This document shows positions 29,716 through 39,017 of a DNA stretch of 64,000 nucleotides, in pieces (positions within the stretch are counted from its first letter, which is position 1; the number at the start of each line of letters is the position of its first letter). The notes below the pieces were generated by a model. It saw only the letters and a program-made list of their open reading frames with translations, was not told the DNA's origin and made no database searches. The stretch is from NCBI GenBank assembly GCA_965228735.1, contig OZ245838.1:2496001-2560000 (forward strand), given 5' to 3'. This stretch comes from Planctomycetota bacterium. Lineage in GTDB: Bacteria > Planctomycetota > UBA1135 > UBA2386. The translations under genes were made by a program, and so were the position numbers.

Positions 29716-30957
29716 TCATCGCCGCCGCCTCTTGGTTTCTTCGAGGTGTTCCCGCCAGGCCGGCAGCAATTCGTCGACGCCGCAGCCGAACGTGTCGCGG
29801 AACGCCGCGTCCTGACGCCAACGCATCTCCTCCGGCGTCGGCAGCGCGCGCTTCTGATGGAACGGGTCCTTCAGTTCGTGCAGCACGGCCATCGTCTCCG
29901 CGCGCTTGTGCGTCATGAGAAACTCGACGAACGACCAGGCCTGGATGTGCTGCTCCATGCCGAAACCGATCACGCTGGGGCGCGCGACGAAGTCGTCGAG
30001 CGGCTCGAAGACCTGGAACTTCATCAGCCCGCGCGCGCGCTCGTCCCACTTCCAGAACGGGGAATCCTCGACTTCCGCACCCTGCGCGACCTCGTAGGTC
30101 GGATACCGCGGCGACACCTGCCGCGCGTGGAAGTGCGCGAGCCCGAAGATCAGCCACGGTGGTAGCTCGTGACCGTAGGTGCGATAGCCGTTGTAGAGAT
30201 TGGCGCTGACGTTGTAGGCGATCTGCGCGTGCAGCGCCTGGTCGACCTTCATCTGCCCCTCGCTCGACTCCTCGGCGATCGCGAACGCGAGCTGGCCGTG
30301 ATCCGCGGCGTGGAACCGATACGGCTCCATGGTCTCGATGCCGCCCATGTAGGCCCGCGTGTAGCGCGCGAGACTCGCGCCGCGCCCCACGATCAGGACG
30401 GCGAACTTCTGCTCCATCCCGAGGTAGGGCCCGTCGCCGAGGTACTCGTCGGGCAGGCTCGAGTCCATCGGCTCCTGCGGGAACGTCGCGTCCGTCGCAC
30501 CGAGGTTGTCGAGCACCGCCGCGTAGCAGTCCTCGAGCCGCTGCGCGATCAGGTGCGCGCGCAGCCACGGATCGAGCGTGCGCTTCGTCGACCGGACGTT
30601 CGGCAGCCGCTTGCGCAGCTGCTTCAGCTCGCGCTTGATCTGCTCGCGCCACGCCCGCTCGGCCCCGCGCAGCTTCAGCTCGGAAACCGCGCACCCGATC
30701 CGGAAGTGCGCCGTCTCGATCCAACACAGCGGCTCGTCGCCGAGCAGTTGCTCGATGTCGGTCGTCGTGTGATCGGCACCGAAGTCGAACGGGCCGAGGG
30801 ACACGTAGCCCGCGCGCGCGAGCGCCATGTCCGACCCGCGGGTGTACGGATCGACGGACGCCCGCAACGTCGGGGACGGGCTCGACTGCGCGAGCACCGA
30901 GCCGGCAACGAAGGCGGCAGCCATCGTCGCAAGGGAGGTAGCCGTTCTAGACCCCAT
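29716..30957 (-). CDS. Secreted hypothetical protein, possibly degenerate peptidase-MA-like fold
   Basis: Signal-like N-terminus from ATG 30957; IETAHFRI and PPWLIFGLAH motifs; no HExxH. Confidence 0.7.
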   Translation of the reverse strand: MGSRTATSLATMAAAFVAGSVLAQSSPSPTLRASVDPYTRGSDMALARAGYVSLGPFDFGADHTTTDIEQLLGDEPLCWIETAHFRIGCAVSELKLRGAERAWREQIKRELKQLRKRLPNVRSTKRTLDPWLRAHLIAQRLEDCYAAVLDNLGATDATFPQEPMDSSLPDEYLGDGPYLGMEQKFAVLIVGRGASLARYTRAYMGGIETMEPYRFHAADHGQLAFAIAEESSEGQMKVDQALHAQIAYNVSANLYNGYRTYGHELPPWLIFGLAHFHARQVSPRYPTYEVAQGAEVEDSPFWKWDERARGLMKFQVFEPLDDFVARPSVIGFGMEQHIQAWSFVEFLMTHKRAETMAVLHELKDPFHQKRALPTPEEMRWRQDAAFRDTFGCGVDELLPAWREHLEETKRRRR

Positions 30958-31270
30958 GGGCACCAAAGGAGGTATTCCGTGCAGCCCCGACGGTAACCCG
31001 AAACCCGCACAGCTGTCGGAGTTCGGGCGTCTGGACACCGCGCGTTTCCGCACGGCTCCGGACGCAACAACAACCGCGCCGAACGCGCCGGATCGAGACC
31101 GTTCCGACCGGAGCGCGCCGTTAGTCGCACCGGCGACTGGCGATGGGGCGATCGGTTTTCTCCCGCCCGCCCGCCGGCCCGACAGCGACCGGCCCCATCG
31201 GTGGCCGCAAGCGTTACGCATCGGAAACAGCGCCGGTGAAAAAACCCCGCACGGCTCGCACGATGCGGCG

Positions 31271-31936
31271 ATGACCGAGACCGCGTGGCGCGCCGCGATC
31301 GACCGACTGCCGCCGGCCGGTTCGCTCACGAGCAGCGTCGTGTTGTTGCACGGCTACGCCGCCAACGCCGGCGTGCACCACGCGGACGCGCGCGCGTTCG
31401 TCGACAAGCACACCGAAGTCGTGATCCCCGACGCCCCGGGTCACGGCCGGCGGGACGATGGCCGACTCGAACGCATCGCCGAGCTCGCCGACGACGCGCG
31501 CCGCCGAGCAATTCTCGAGATCGCGGGCGAGTGGCGCGACGAACTGCCGGGACTCGCCGCGTGGTGCCGATCGCGCGGCGCCGCCCGCGTCGGTCTCGTC
31601 GGCATCTCGATGGGTGGCTTCGCGGCGCTCGGCACGTTGACTCCCGGATCCGGCACGAGCCACCGAGCCCCGAGCCCGTTCGCGGCGATCGCCGCCGTGC
31701 TCGCCGGCCCGGCACTCGTCGACATCGACGCGTTGCCGTCGACCCGCCCACCTTTGCTGCTCGGCATCGCGAGTCGCGACGAGGCGGTGCCGCCGGCGCC
31801 GAGTCGCGAGTTCGCCCGGACTCACGGCGCCGAACTGTACGAGTACACCGAGTCCGGGCACTTCATGCGCGGCGAGGACTGGACGGACCTGTGGGTGCAG
31901 ACCGCCGCGTTCCTGCGGCTTCATGTGGCGACCTGA
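31271..31936 (+). CDS. Alpha/beta hydrolase
   Basis: VVLLHGY, PDAPGHG, GISMGG, RDEAVP, SGH. Confidence 0.82.
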   Translation: MTETAWRAAIDRLPPAGSLTSSVVLLHGYAANAGVHHADARAFVDKHTEVVIPDAPGHGRRDDGRLERIAELADDARRRAILEIAGEWRDELPGLAAWCRSRGAARVGLVGISMGGFAALGTLTPGSGTSHRAPSPFAAIAAVLAGPALVDIDALPSTRPPLLLGIASRDEAVPPAPSREFARTHGAELYEYTESGHFMRGEDWTDLWVQTAAFLRLHVAT

Positions 31937-31957
31937 CGCGCGCCGCAGTCGGCGGGT

Positions 31958-34402
31958 TCAGAAGACGACCGTATTGAGCGAGCCGATCCGCAGCGTGAGC
32001 GGCATGCGCCCGACCTCCTCGCCATCGCGCAGGAACACGGCGCTCGCAGCCCCCTCGCCGAGCGACAGCACCTCGGTTCTGCCGTCGACGATCGTCGCGG
32101 AGCTGTTCGTGTGTGACGACTGCCCGCGCATGATCCGCAACCGCATCGGCCGGCCGTCGGTGCCGAGCACTCGCACGCGATCGGCGCGATCGCGCGGCTC
32201 GGCGAGTTCGATCTGCAGGTGCACCCGGCGGTCGACCTCGAGCACGAAGTCCGTCGGGTCACACCCGGGCTCGACCATGCGGCCCTTGAACTGGATCGGG
32301 TCGCCGATCGCGAAGACCTCGACACCGGTTTGGGGCACGTTCTCGAAGCGGAAGCTGCCGTCCGGGCCGGTCGTCGTCGGCGACCTCGGGAACCACTCGT
32401 CCCGCGTGCCGCCCGGAACGCGGACCTCGAGCGCCGGACGCTGCAGCGTCACGGACACCCCGGCGATCGCCGTGCCGTCGCGCGCGACGACGCGCCCGCG
32501 CAGTTCCTCGTGGACGGCACCGTCGAGGGTCAACGTGCAGTCGGTCGTCCCGGCCGGCACTGCCGGCAGCGCGGCGGCAACGAGCGTCCGCGGGTCGAGC
32601 GCGCGCACTTCGTACGCGCGATTGCCGAGGCCAGGGATCACGAATCGGCCACCGGTGTCGGTCGTGACGAACGCCCAGAACCCCGGCTCGCGGCGCGCGA
32701 CCACCGACTCGGCGAGGAGCACGTCACCCTCCGAACCGATGACGAGCGGATCACCGATCCAGACGCGTGCACCTTCGACGGGTCGGCCGACACCGTCGAC
32801 CACGCGACCTGCGATGGTGAGCGGCGCCGCGCCGAGGCGCATGACGATTCGTTCGGGCCAGGCCGTCTGACCGCCCGCGCCGACCGGCGGTTCGAACGTC
32901 GCCGGCTGCATTCCCGGCGCGACCGCGACGATGCGACCGAGGTGCCGCCCGCCGTCGGCGGCGAGGTCGACCGTGAACTCGCCGCGGTCGTCGGTGCGCG
33001 ACACGGCGCGACCGGCGCTGACCCGCGCCCCCGCGACCGCGGCGCCGAACGCGTCGACGACGATGCCACCCACGAGGGTCGCACCGGGACCCGGTCGTTC
33101 GAGCTCGAGCTCGAGCAGACTCGTGCTCGCTCCCGGCAGCGGCACGATCGTCGGCAGGTAGCCGCCCAGTTCGGCGACGAGCGAGCCGCCGGCGACGGCC
33201 GGCACGTCGCGAAGCACGAAGCGCCCGTCGGCGTCACAACGCACCTGCCACACCTCGGTGATCGAGTAGTCGAGCGCCACGCCGAGGTCCGCGCCGAGAT
33301 GCGATGGCAAGTGGACCGCGACACCCGCGCCCGGCAGCGGGCTGCCGTCGGGGTCCGTGACGCGGCCCGCGAGCTCGAGGCTCGGTGCCACGACCACCGT
33401 GCTGACGTTGGCGGTCGCGACTCGCGCGGAGCCTGCGAGCACGGTCGCCCACCGTTGGTCGGTCGAGCGGATCCGATCCGTCGCCAACGTCGCGGGGAAC
33501 TCGAACGCGCCGCCGGCACCGCTCGCCGCGAGTCCCGAACTCAACGCGACGCCCTGGATCCCCGTGCCGTGAACGTCGATCACGCGGCCCCGCCGGTTCG
33601 GGTCCGTTGCTGCGCCACCGTCCGCCAGCGACGAGTCGGCGCTCACGGGCCCGATGGCGACGGCCGTCCGATCGTCGACGCGCGCCGCCGGGTCGGCCGG
33701 CCCGGCGGGGTCGACGTCGGCGCCGGAGTCGGACGTCGCGCCGACCGCCTCGACCGGCGCGGTGACTTCTTCGCCCTGGTAGAGGAACGCAGCGACCGCG
33801 ACGGCCGCGATCACGAGACACGATGTCAGCAGGATCTTCATGAGCGAAACGGCGAGCAACGACGACGTCGACCAGGTCGTGCCGACGAGGGGCGCCAGCG
33901 TCAGCGGCCACTCGTCACCGCAGGCGCGCCGCAGGGCCTCACGCAGCCGCGCGAGGCCGCGCTGCAGGCGGCTGTGGACGGTCGGGACGGGAACACCGAG
34001 CCGCGCGGCGATCTCGCGCGGCGGCAGGTGCTCGAAGAAGCGGAGCAGCACGGTCGTCCGATACGGCTCCGGCAACTCGCGGACCGTGCGGACGAGGCGC
34101 TCGTGCACTTCGGCCTTGGCGACGACGTCGACCGTCGCGGCTGCCGCCCCCGCGGGCCGCGCACGCAGGTAGGCAGCCCGCCGCGAACGCCGAGCCCGCA
34201 GGACGTCGAGCGCCCGATTGCGAACGATCGAACGCAGCCACGCACGTGCCGTCGAACCCGTTCGCGGCCCGTGCTGGCTCGCGACGTGCAGCGTTTCCTG
34301 CACGATGTCCGCGGCGTCCTCGGCGTCGTCGACGAGACGACGCGCGAGGTCGGTCAGCCAACGGGAGTCCCCGAGCAGCGGATCGAGATCGACGGTGGCC
34401 AC
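31958..34402 (-). CDS. ECF sigma factor fused via a TM helix to carboxypeptidase-regulatory-like domains
   Basis: DAADIVQET...AWLRSIVRN; LPEPYRTTVLLRFFEHLPPREIA...VHSRLQRG; TM; GRVxDxxGxP repeats. Confidence 0.88.
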   Translation of the reverse strand: MATVDLDPLLGDSRWLTDLARRLVDDAEDAADIVQETLHVASQHGPRTGSTARAWLRSIVRNRALDVLRARRSRRAAYLRARPAGAAAATVDVVAKAEVHERLVRTVRELPEPYRTTVLLRFFEHLPPREIAARLGVPVPTVHSRLQRGLARLREALRRACGDEWPLTLAPLVGTTWSTSSLLAVSLMKILLTSCLVIAAVAVAAFLYQGEEVTAPVEAVGATSDSGADVDPAGPADPAARVDDRTAVAIGPVSADSSLADGGAATDPNRRGRVIDVHGTGIQGVALSSGLAASGAGGAFEFPATLATDRIRSTDQRWATVLAGSARVATANVSTVVVAPSLELAGRVTDPDGSPLPGAGVAVHLPSHLGADLGVALDYSITEVWQVRCDADGRFVLRDVPAVAGGSLVAELGGYLPTIVPLPGASTSLLELELERPGPGATLVGGIVVDAFGAAVAGARVSAGRAVSRTDDRGEFTVDLAADGGRHLGRIVAVAPGMQPATFEPPVGAGGQTAWPERIVMRLGAAPLTIAGRVVDGVGRPVEGARVWIGDPLVIGSEGDVLLAESVVARREPGFWAFVTTDTGGRFVIPGLGNRAYEVRALDPRTLVAAALPAVPAGTTDCTLTLDGAVHEELRGRVVARDGTAIAGVSVTLQRPALEVRVPGGTRDEWFPRSPTTTGPDGSFRFENVPQTGVEVFAIGDPIQFKGRMVEPGCDPTDFVLEVDRRVHLQIELAEPRDRADRVRVLGTDGRPMRLRIMRGQSSHTNSSATIVDGRTEVLSLGEGAASAVFLRDGEEVGRMPLTLRIGSLNTVVF

Positions 34403-34517
34403 AACGCCGTTCCAGACGTATCCCGCGGCCGATCCGATGCAGCGAAGATCCGAAAAACGTCGCCCCGCTGCTCCGGCGAATCACCCGACCGCCCGCCCCT
34501 CGGGTCGCCGAACTCCG

Positions 34518-35009
34518 TCAGCGCGATTCGGTCACCGACCCGGCCGGTGCCAGCCGGTCGCCGCGCAGCACGAGATCGCGGCCGCCGAACCGGTCCTCCC
34601 CGTTCTCGTCGAGCAGTTCCACGTCCATCGTGCCTGCCGGGCCGTGCACCTTGACGTTGTGGTCGTCGATCCAGACGGACGTGTCGCCGATGACGAGCTC
34701 GACGAACTTCAACCCGATGCGCCCGCGATACCCCGACAGGCCGGTGAGGATGAAGCGCCGCGCCCGGTCGCTGTCGATGCGCGTGACGATCGTGTCCTGA
34801 CCGACGGTGTCCACGCGCATGCCGCTCATCGAGATGCGCGTGCCCACTCGCATCGTGAGCGTCAGCTCGTTGGGCCCGGTCGTCTCCTCCCCGACGAACA
34901 CGCCGTTCCCCTGGAACGGATTCGACTCGCACGCCGAGGCGAGCCCGAAGACCAACGTCGCCACCACCGCGCAAAGGCCCGCACCGCGGCCTCTCGATCT
35001 CGCTGTCAT
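34518..35009 (-). CDS. Putative lipoprotein
   Basis: Lipobox-like LASAC after a hydrophobic stretch; ATG 35009. Confidence 0.65.
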   Translation of the reverse strand: MTARSRGRGAGLCAVVATLVFGLASACESNPFQGNGVFVGEETTGPNELTLTMRVGTRISMSGMRVDTVGQDTIVTRIDSDRARRFILTGLSGYRGRIGLKFVELVIGDTSVWIDDHNVKVHGPAGTMDVELLDENGEDRFGGRDLVLRGDRLAPAGSVTESR

Positions 35010-35086
35010 CCCGGCGAGGCTACGGGCGCACCGCGATCGATGCACGCGTCGGGAAACGTGCCCGGCGCGCAGCGGGACGCCGTTCT

Positions 35087-36796
35087 CTAGTAGTTCGCGA
35101 TCGCCGTCCCGATGGCCGGGCCGAGCATGATCGTGCCGGTCGACAGGTCGAACGCGACGGCCTGCGCCGCGAACGGCAGGCCGAGCCAGACGCCGTTGTT
35201 GGGGATCGCCAGGCCGTAGGGATAGCGCAGGCACGGGTCCGCGGCGACGACGACGCCGAGGCTCGGTGACGTGGCTGGGATGAAACCCTCGCAGTTCGGC
35301 GCGAACGGCGGCGACGGCTGCAGCACCGGCGGCCCGAGCGGGCCGATGGTCGCGACGATCGCGCCCAGGCCGCCGGCCGGCAGGTCGCGGATCTCGAGGT
35401 CGAAGCGGCCGCCGAGCGTCGGGTTGCGCGTCGCGACGAGACCGACGTTGCGGCCGCCGGGCGCGAACGGACCGACGCCCCCGCTCAGATCCGCGGAGAC
35501 GAGGCCGGCCCCGCTCGTGCCGTTGTGGAAGCCGACGATGCTCTCGTCGAACGGCGAGCTCGCATCGTACCGACACACCATCTGGGTCGGCTTGATGACG
35601 ACCTGCAACGTCACCGGCGTCGACGTACCCCAGAGGAAGACCCGGTCGAACGTGATGACGGCATCCGTGCCCAGCGAGACGTCGGCATGGATCGTCCCGC
35701 CGCCGCCGCCGCCGACCGGTCGGAGATCGCGCCAGAACGCGCAGAGCCGCGCGCGGTTCGTCGCGAGTTCGCCGAGCGTCGGCGAGTAGTCGCTCTCGCC
35801 GATGTCCCCGAGCCAGATGCAGCCGTTCGAGTCGACCGCGATGGCGTCGACGCATGGCAGGCCGAACGCCCCGAGATCGAACCCGAGGGGGATCAACGCG
35901 GACACGTCGTCGTCCTGCAGGCCGAGCGGCCCGGTGAGGGGCGGGACGATCGCGGTGCCGCCCGGCACGGTCGCGACGCTCACGCTACCGCTGCCGCTGT
36001 TGCCGCTGATGACGAGGTCGCTCGTGATCGACAACGCGGGGTCCGAGAAGTCCCACGCGTTGGTCATGTCGAACTCCTCGGCCGCCGACACCGCCACGCC
36101 GCCGCAGCCCGAGCCCGCGACCACGTGCGACGACTCGATGCAGACCTGCCCCCCCGGCGACGGCGTGACGGGCGTGGTCGCGATGTCGTAGTCGAACACG
36201 AGGTTCGCGACCCGCGGGCCGAAGAGCTGGCCGGAGTACGCGGTGCTCGCCGCGACCCCGGCGGTGAACGTGAACCCCGGCGCGCTGCCGGTCTGGTTGG
36301 CCCCGACGCCGTTGGTGTAGTCGTGATCGAAGTTGCCGCCGCCGATCGCGAGCAGGTGCTGCCCCATCGGCAGGTCGATCGAACCCGTGCCGTTCAAGAC
36401 CAGAAGCGGCGACGGCAACAGCGGTCCGCGCCCGGCACCGGAGAGGCACGCGACCGTGCGCCAGTCCGCGCCCGTGTTGTTCGTCCCGGAGAGTTGTGAC
36501 CAGTCGCCGATGGACTGATGCACTTCGACGCGGCAACCGATCTGGTTCGCCACGGTCGACGTGTGGACCGCGATCCCGCAGATGCGCACGCCGTTCGGCG
36601 CGGTCACGTCGAGCGACACGTAGACGAAGCCACCCACGTCACCGCCATTGTCGGCGACGAAGTTCGGCGGCGTGACGTATTGCGCGGCGCCACACTGGGC
36701 GACCGCGCTCGCGCCCAAGGTGGCGATCAGGGTGGTGATCAGGGCGGCGGCCAGAGCGGCGGCCGGAGCGGGGGACGAGAACGGGCGGGCAGGCAT
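35087..36796 (-). CDS. Secreted NIDO-like protein, paralogue of 19998-21647
   Basis: Collinear similarity (PPNFVADNGGDVGGFVYVSLDVTAPNGVRICGI vs PPNFASNNAGAVGGMVFFTLDVTAANGIRICSI); same tail. Confidence 0.87.
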   Translation of the reverse strand: MPARPFSSPAPAAALAAALITTLIATLGASAVAQCGAAQYVTPPNFVADNGGDVGGFVYVSLDVTAPNGVRICGIAVHTSTVANQIGCRVEVHQSIGDWSQLSGTNNTGADWRTVACLSGAGRGPLLPSPLLVLNGTGSIDLPMGQHLLAIGGGNFDHDYTNGVGANQTGSAPGFTFTAGVAASTAYSGQLFGPRVANLVFDYDIATTPVTPSPGGQVCIESSHVVAGSGCGGVAVSAAEEFDMTNAWDFSDPALSITSDLVISGNSGSGSVSVATVPGGTAIVPPLTGPLGLQDDDVSALIPLGFDLGAFGLPCVDAIAVDSNGCIWLGDIGESDYSPTLGELATNRARLCAFWRDLRPVGGGGGGTIHADVSLGTDAVITFDRVFLWGTSTPVTLQVVIKPTQMVCRYDASSPFDESIVGFHNGTSGAGLVSADLSGGVGPFAPGGRNVGLVATRNPTLGGRFDLEIRDLPAGGLGAIVATIGPLGPPVLQPSPPFAPNCEGFIPATSPSLGVVVAADPCLRYPYGLAIPNNGVWLGLPFAAQAVAFDLSTGTIMLGPAIGTAIANY

Positions 36797-37035
36797 GGCG
36801 GAGTCGGGGGGAGGAAGTGTAGCGCGGTCGCGGCCGCGCTGTCGCGGCGCTCGATCCCCGGATGCCGTGCCGTCTCGCCGCGCGCCCGGGCCGTCTTCCG
36901 GAGTTCCTGTCGCCGCGACGGTTGCCGCCATGGCACCGCCGGATCACGGGCCCCGATCGCCGGCGGTTCGACTCCGAATCGTCGGTCGACCGTCACCGAC
37001 TCGCGGCCGGACGCGCGCTATGTTCGGGGCCGACG

Positions 37036-37554
37036 ATGCTCGAAGACCCGACCAGGTTCCCCTTCGTTGCGGAGCTCGAGGCGCTCTACCCGGTGATCCG
37101 GGCCGAGGTCGAGCAGCTCCCGAGCGCAGCGTGGCTGCCGTGGACGGCCGGCAATGCCCAGGGCGTGCGGGTGTTTCCGCTGCTGATGACGTATCGGCCA
37201 CCGTGGATCGACGACGACTTCGAACGCCGGCGTTCGTTGTGCCCGCAGACGTGGGACTGGATCCGCCAGCAGCCGTCGATGTTCGCGGCCGTCGTGTCGG
37301 CGCTCGAGCCGGGGGGCCGCATCCTGCCACACCGCGACCTGGAGGAACCCGAGTCCGTGCGCTGTCACCTCGGCCTGTCGATGCCGACTGCCGGCGCCGC
37401 GACGTTTCGGGTCGGTGATGCGACGTTCGAGTGGCGCGCCGGTCGCTGCGTCGTGTTTCACGCGTGTCACGAACACGAGGGGCAGAACGACGGCGACGGG
37501 CCGCGGATCATCCTCGTCGTCGACGTTCGGCCAACGGACCCTCAGGCGAGGTAG
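37036..37554 (+). CDS. Aspartyl/asparaginyl beta-hydroxylase-domain (2OG-Fe(II)) protein
   Basis: LEPGGRILPHRD, RCHLGL, HEGQN, RIILVVD. Confidence 0.85.
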   Translation: MLEDPTRFPFVAELEALYPVIRAEVEQLPSAAWLPWTAGNAQGVRVFPLLMTYRPPWIDDDFERRRSLCPQTWDWIRQQPSMFAAVVSALEPGGRILPHRDLEEPESVRCHLGLSMPTAGAATFRVGDATFEWRAGRCVVFHACHEHEGQNDGDGPRIILVVDVRPTDPQAR

Positions 37555-38987
37555 GTGCGCGGCAATCCGACCGTCGCCGTCTGCCGGAACACCGACCGAT
37601 CGAACGGCCAGCGCAGAAAACCGCTGCGGCTCCGCCAACGCGCGATGGTCGCGAGCGCCCGTCGCCGCCGCCCACCCCCCCCGCCACAGAGCGCGTCGTC
37701 GTAGGCCAGCGGCAGCACGTATTCGACGAGGAATCGCACGCGCCGTTCTGCGGACCGCGAGAGCCACGGCAACCGCCGGTCGTCGTCCTCGCGATAGGCC
37801 CGCAGCTCCGCGAGATCGTGCGGCAGCGCGGGCAGCAGCGCGAGTGCCCGCTCCCCCATCGTCGTCGACGGAATCGCCTGGTAGATGCGGAAGTTGAACC
37901 GCATCGGCACTCTGCTGCGATGGAGGCGACCGATCAGCCGTTCGGTCGCGCGCTGGTCGGCGCGGGTCTCACCGGGCCAGCCGAACACGAAGTTGTAGAC
38001 CGGGGTGATGCCGTTCTGGACGAGGCGCGCATGCGCCGTCAGCGAGTCCGCCGTCGTGAACTTCTTGCCGAGCCGGCGCAGCGCCGCATCGCTGCCGGCT
38101 TCGAGGCCGAGCTCGAGCGTCACGCACCCGCTCGCCGCGAGCAGCGCGAGTTCGTCGTCGGTCAACTGCAGGAGATCACCGACGGAGCCGAGTGCGAACC
38201 AGCGGACGACGAGCCCACGATCCACGAGGCCGCGCGCCACGTCGACGGCCCGGCGGCGGCTGGCCAGGAAGTCGAGGTCTCCGAACAGGAACTGGGACAC
38301 GCCGTAGCGTTCCTGCATGGCGGCGACGAGGTCGACGACCCCGCTCGCCGGCAGCACCCGCCACGGGCTGCGCTCGTAGAAGCAGAACGAACAGCGTTTG
38401 CCGCAGCCCGCCGCCGTCGGGAGCTGCAAGGACGGCTCGTCGTTCCCGAACAGCATCGCCTCGGGCCGCAGGAACGGGCGCAGGTCGAGCTGCCACATCG
38501 CGTCGACGTCGAACGGCGCCCGGTCGCGCTGGTCGCCGGCGCTGCCCGTGAGGTGGGCGCTCAGCGCATCGACCTCCTGCCCGGCGATGATCGCATCCGT
38601 CAGCGGCGCGAGCTCGAGTCGCGGCGGTGGCAACAGCGCGAAGAACCCGCCACCCGCGATCCGCTGGATGCTCGGGTCGGTCGCGCGCGTGAACTCGAGG
38701 AACGCCAGCAGCCCCGGCACCTGGATGCCCGGGTTGAGCTCGGCGCACCACGCGACCGCGGCCGCGCAGCCCAGCAAGCGGTCGCGCAGTTCGTCGCCGA
38801 CGACCCCGTCGTGGACCTCGGTGAAGAGGTCGACCGCGTATCCGTTCGCCGTCAGCGAAGACAGCACGGGGATGACGCGGTAGGGCAAGCCGGACGGTGA
38901 CGAGGCCTCGAGCCAGCGCGGCACGAAGACGACGACGCGACCGCGCGGGCGATTGCGGGCGGGCAGCCGTTGCATGGCGGCTGGCAC
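37542..38987 (-). CDS. Radical SAM protein with probable B12-binding N-domain
   Basis: GCGKRCSFC (CxxxCxxC), LGLEAGS, FVFGWPGET; start uncertain (38987 or 38975). Confidence 0.85.
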   Translation of the reverse strand: MPAAMQRLPARNRPRGRVVVFVPRWLEASSPSGLPYRVIPVLSSLTANGYAVDLFTEVHDGVVGDELRDRLLGCAAAVAWCAELNPGIQVPGLLAFLEFTRATDPSIQRIAGGGFFALLPPPRLELAPLTDAIIAGQEVDALSAHLTGSAGDQRDRAPFDVDAMWQLDLRPFLRPEAMLFGNDEPSLQLPTAAGCGKRCSFCFYERSPWRVLPASGVVDLVAAMQERYGVSQFLFGDLDFLASRRRAVDVARGLVDRGLVVRWFALGSVGDLLQLTDDELALLAASGCVTLELGLEAGSDAALRRLGKKFTTADSLTAHARLVQNGITPVYNFVFGWPGETRADQRATERLIGRLHRSRVPMRFNFRIYQAIPSTTMGERALALLPALPHDLAELRAYREDDDRRLPWLSRSAERRVRFLVEYVLPLAYDDALCGGGGGRRRRALATIARWRSRSGFLRWPFDRSVFRQTATVGLPRTYLA

Positions 38988-39017
38988 CGTAGCAAGCCGC
39001 GTGCCACGGGTGGACCG

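Noticed and set aside
30958..31270. Riboswitch or ncRNA in the divergent gap
   Set aside because: No recognisable aptamer consensus or convincing stem set
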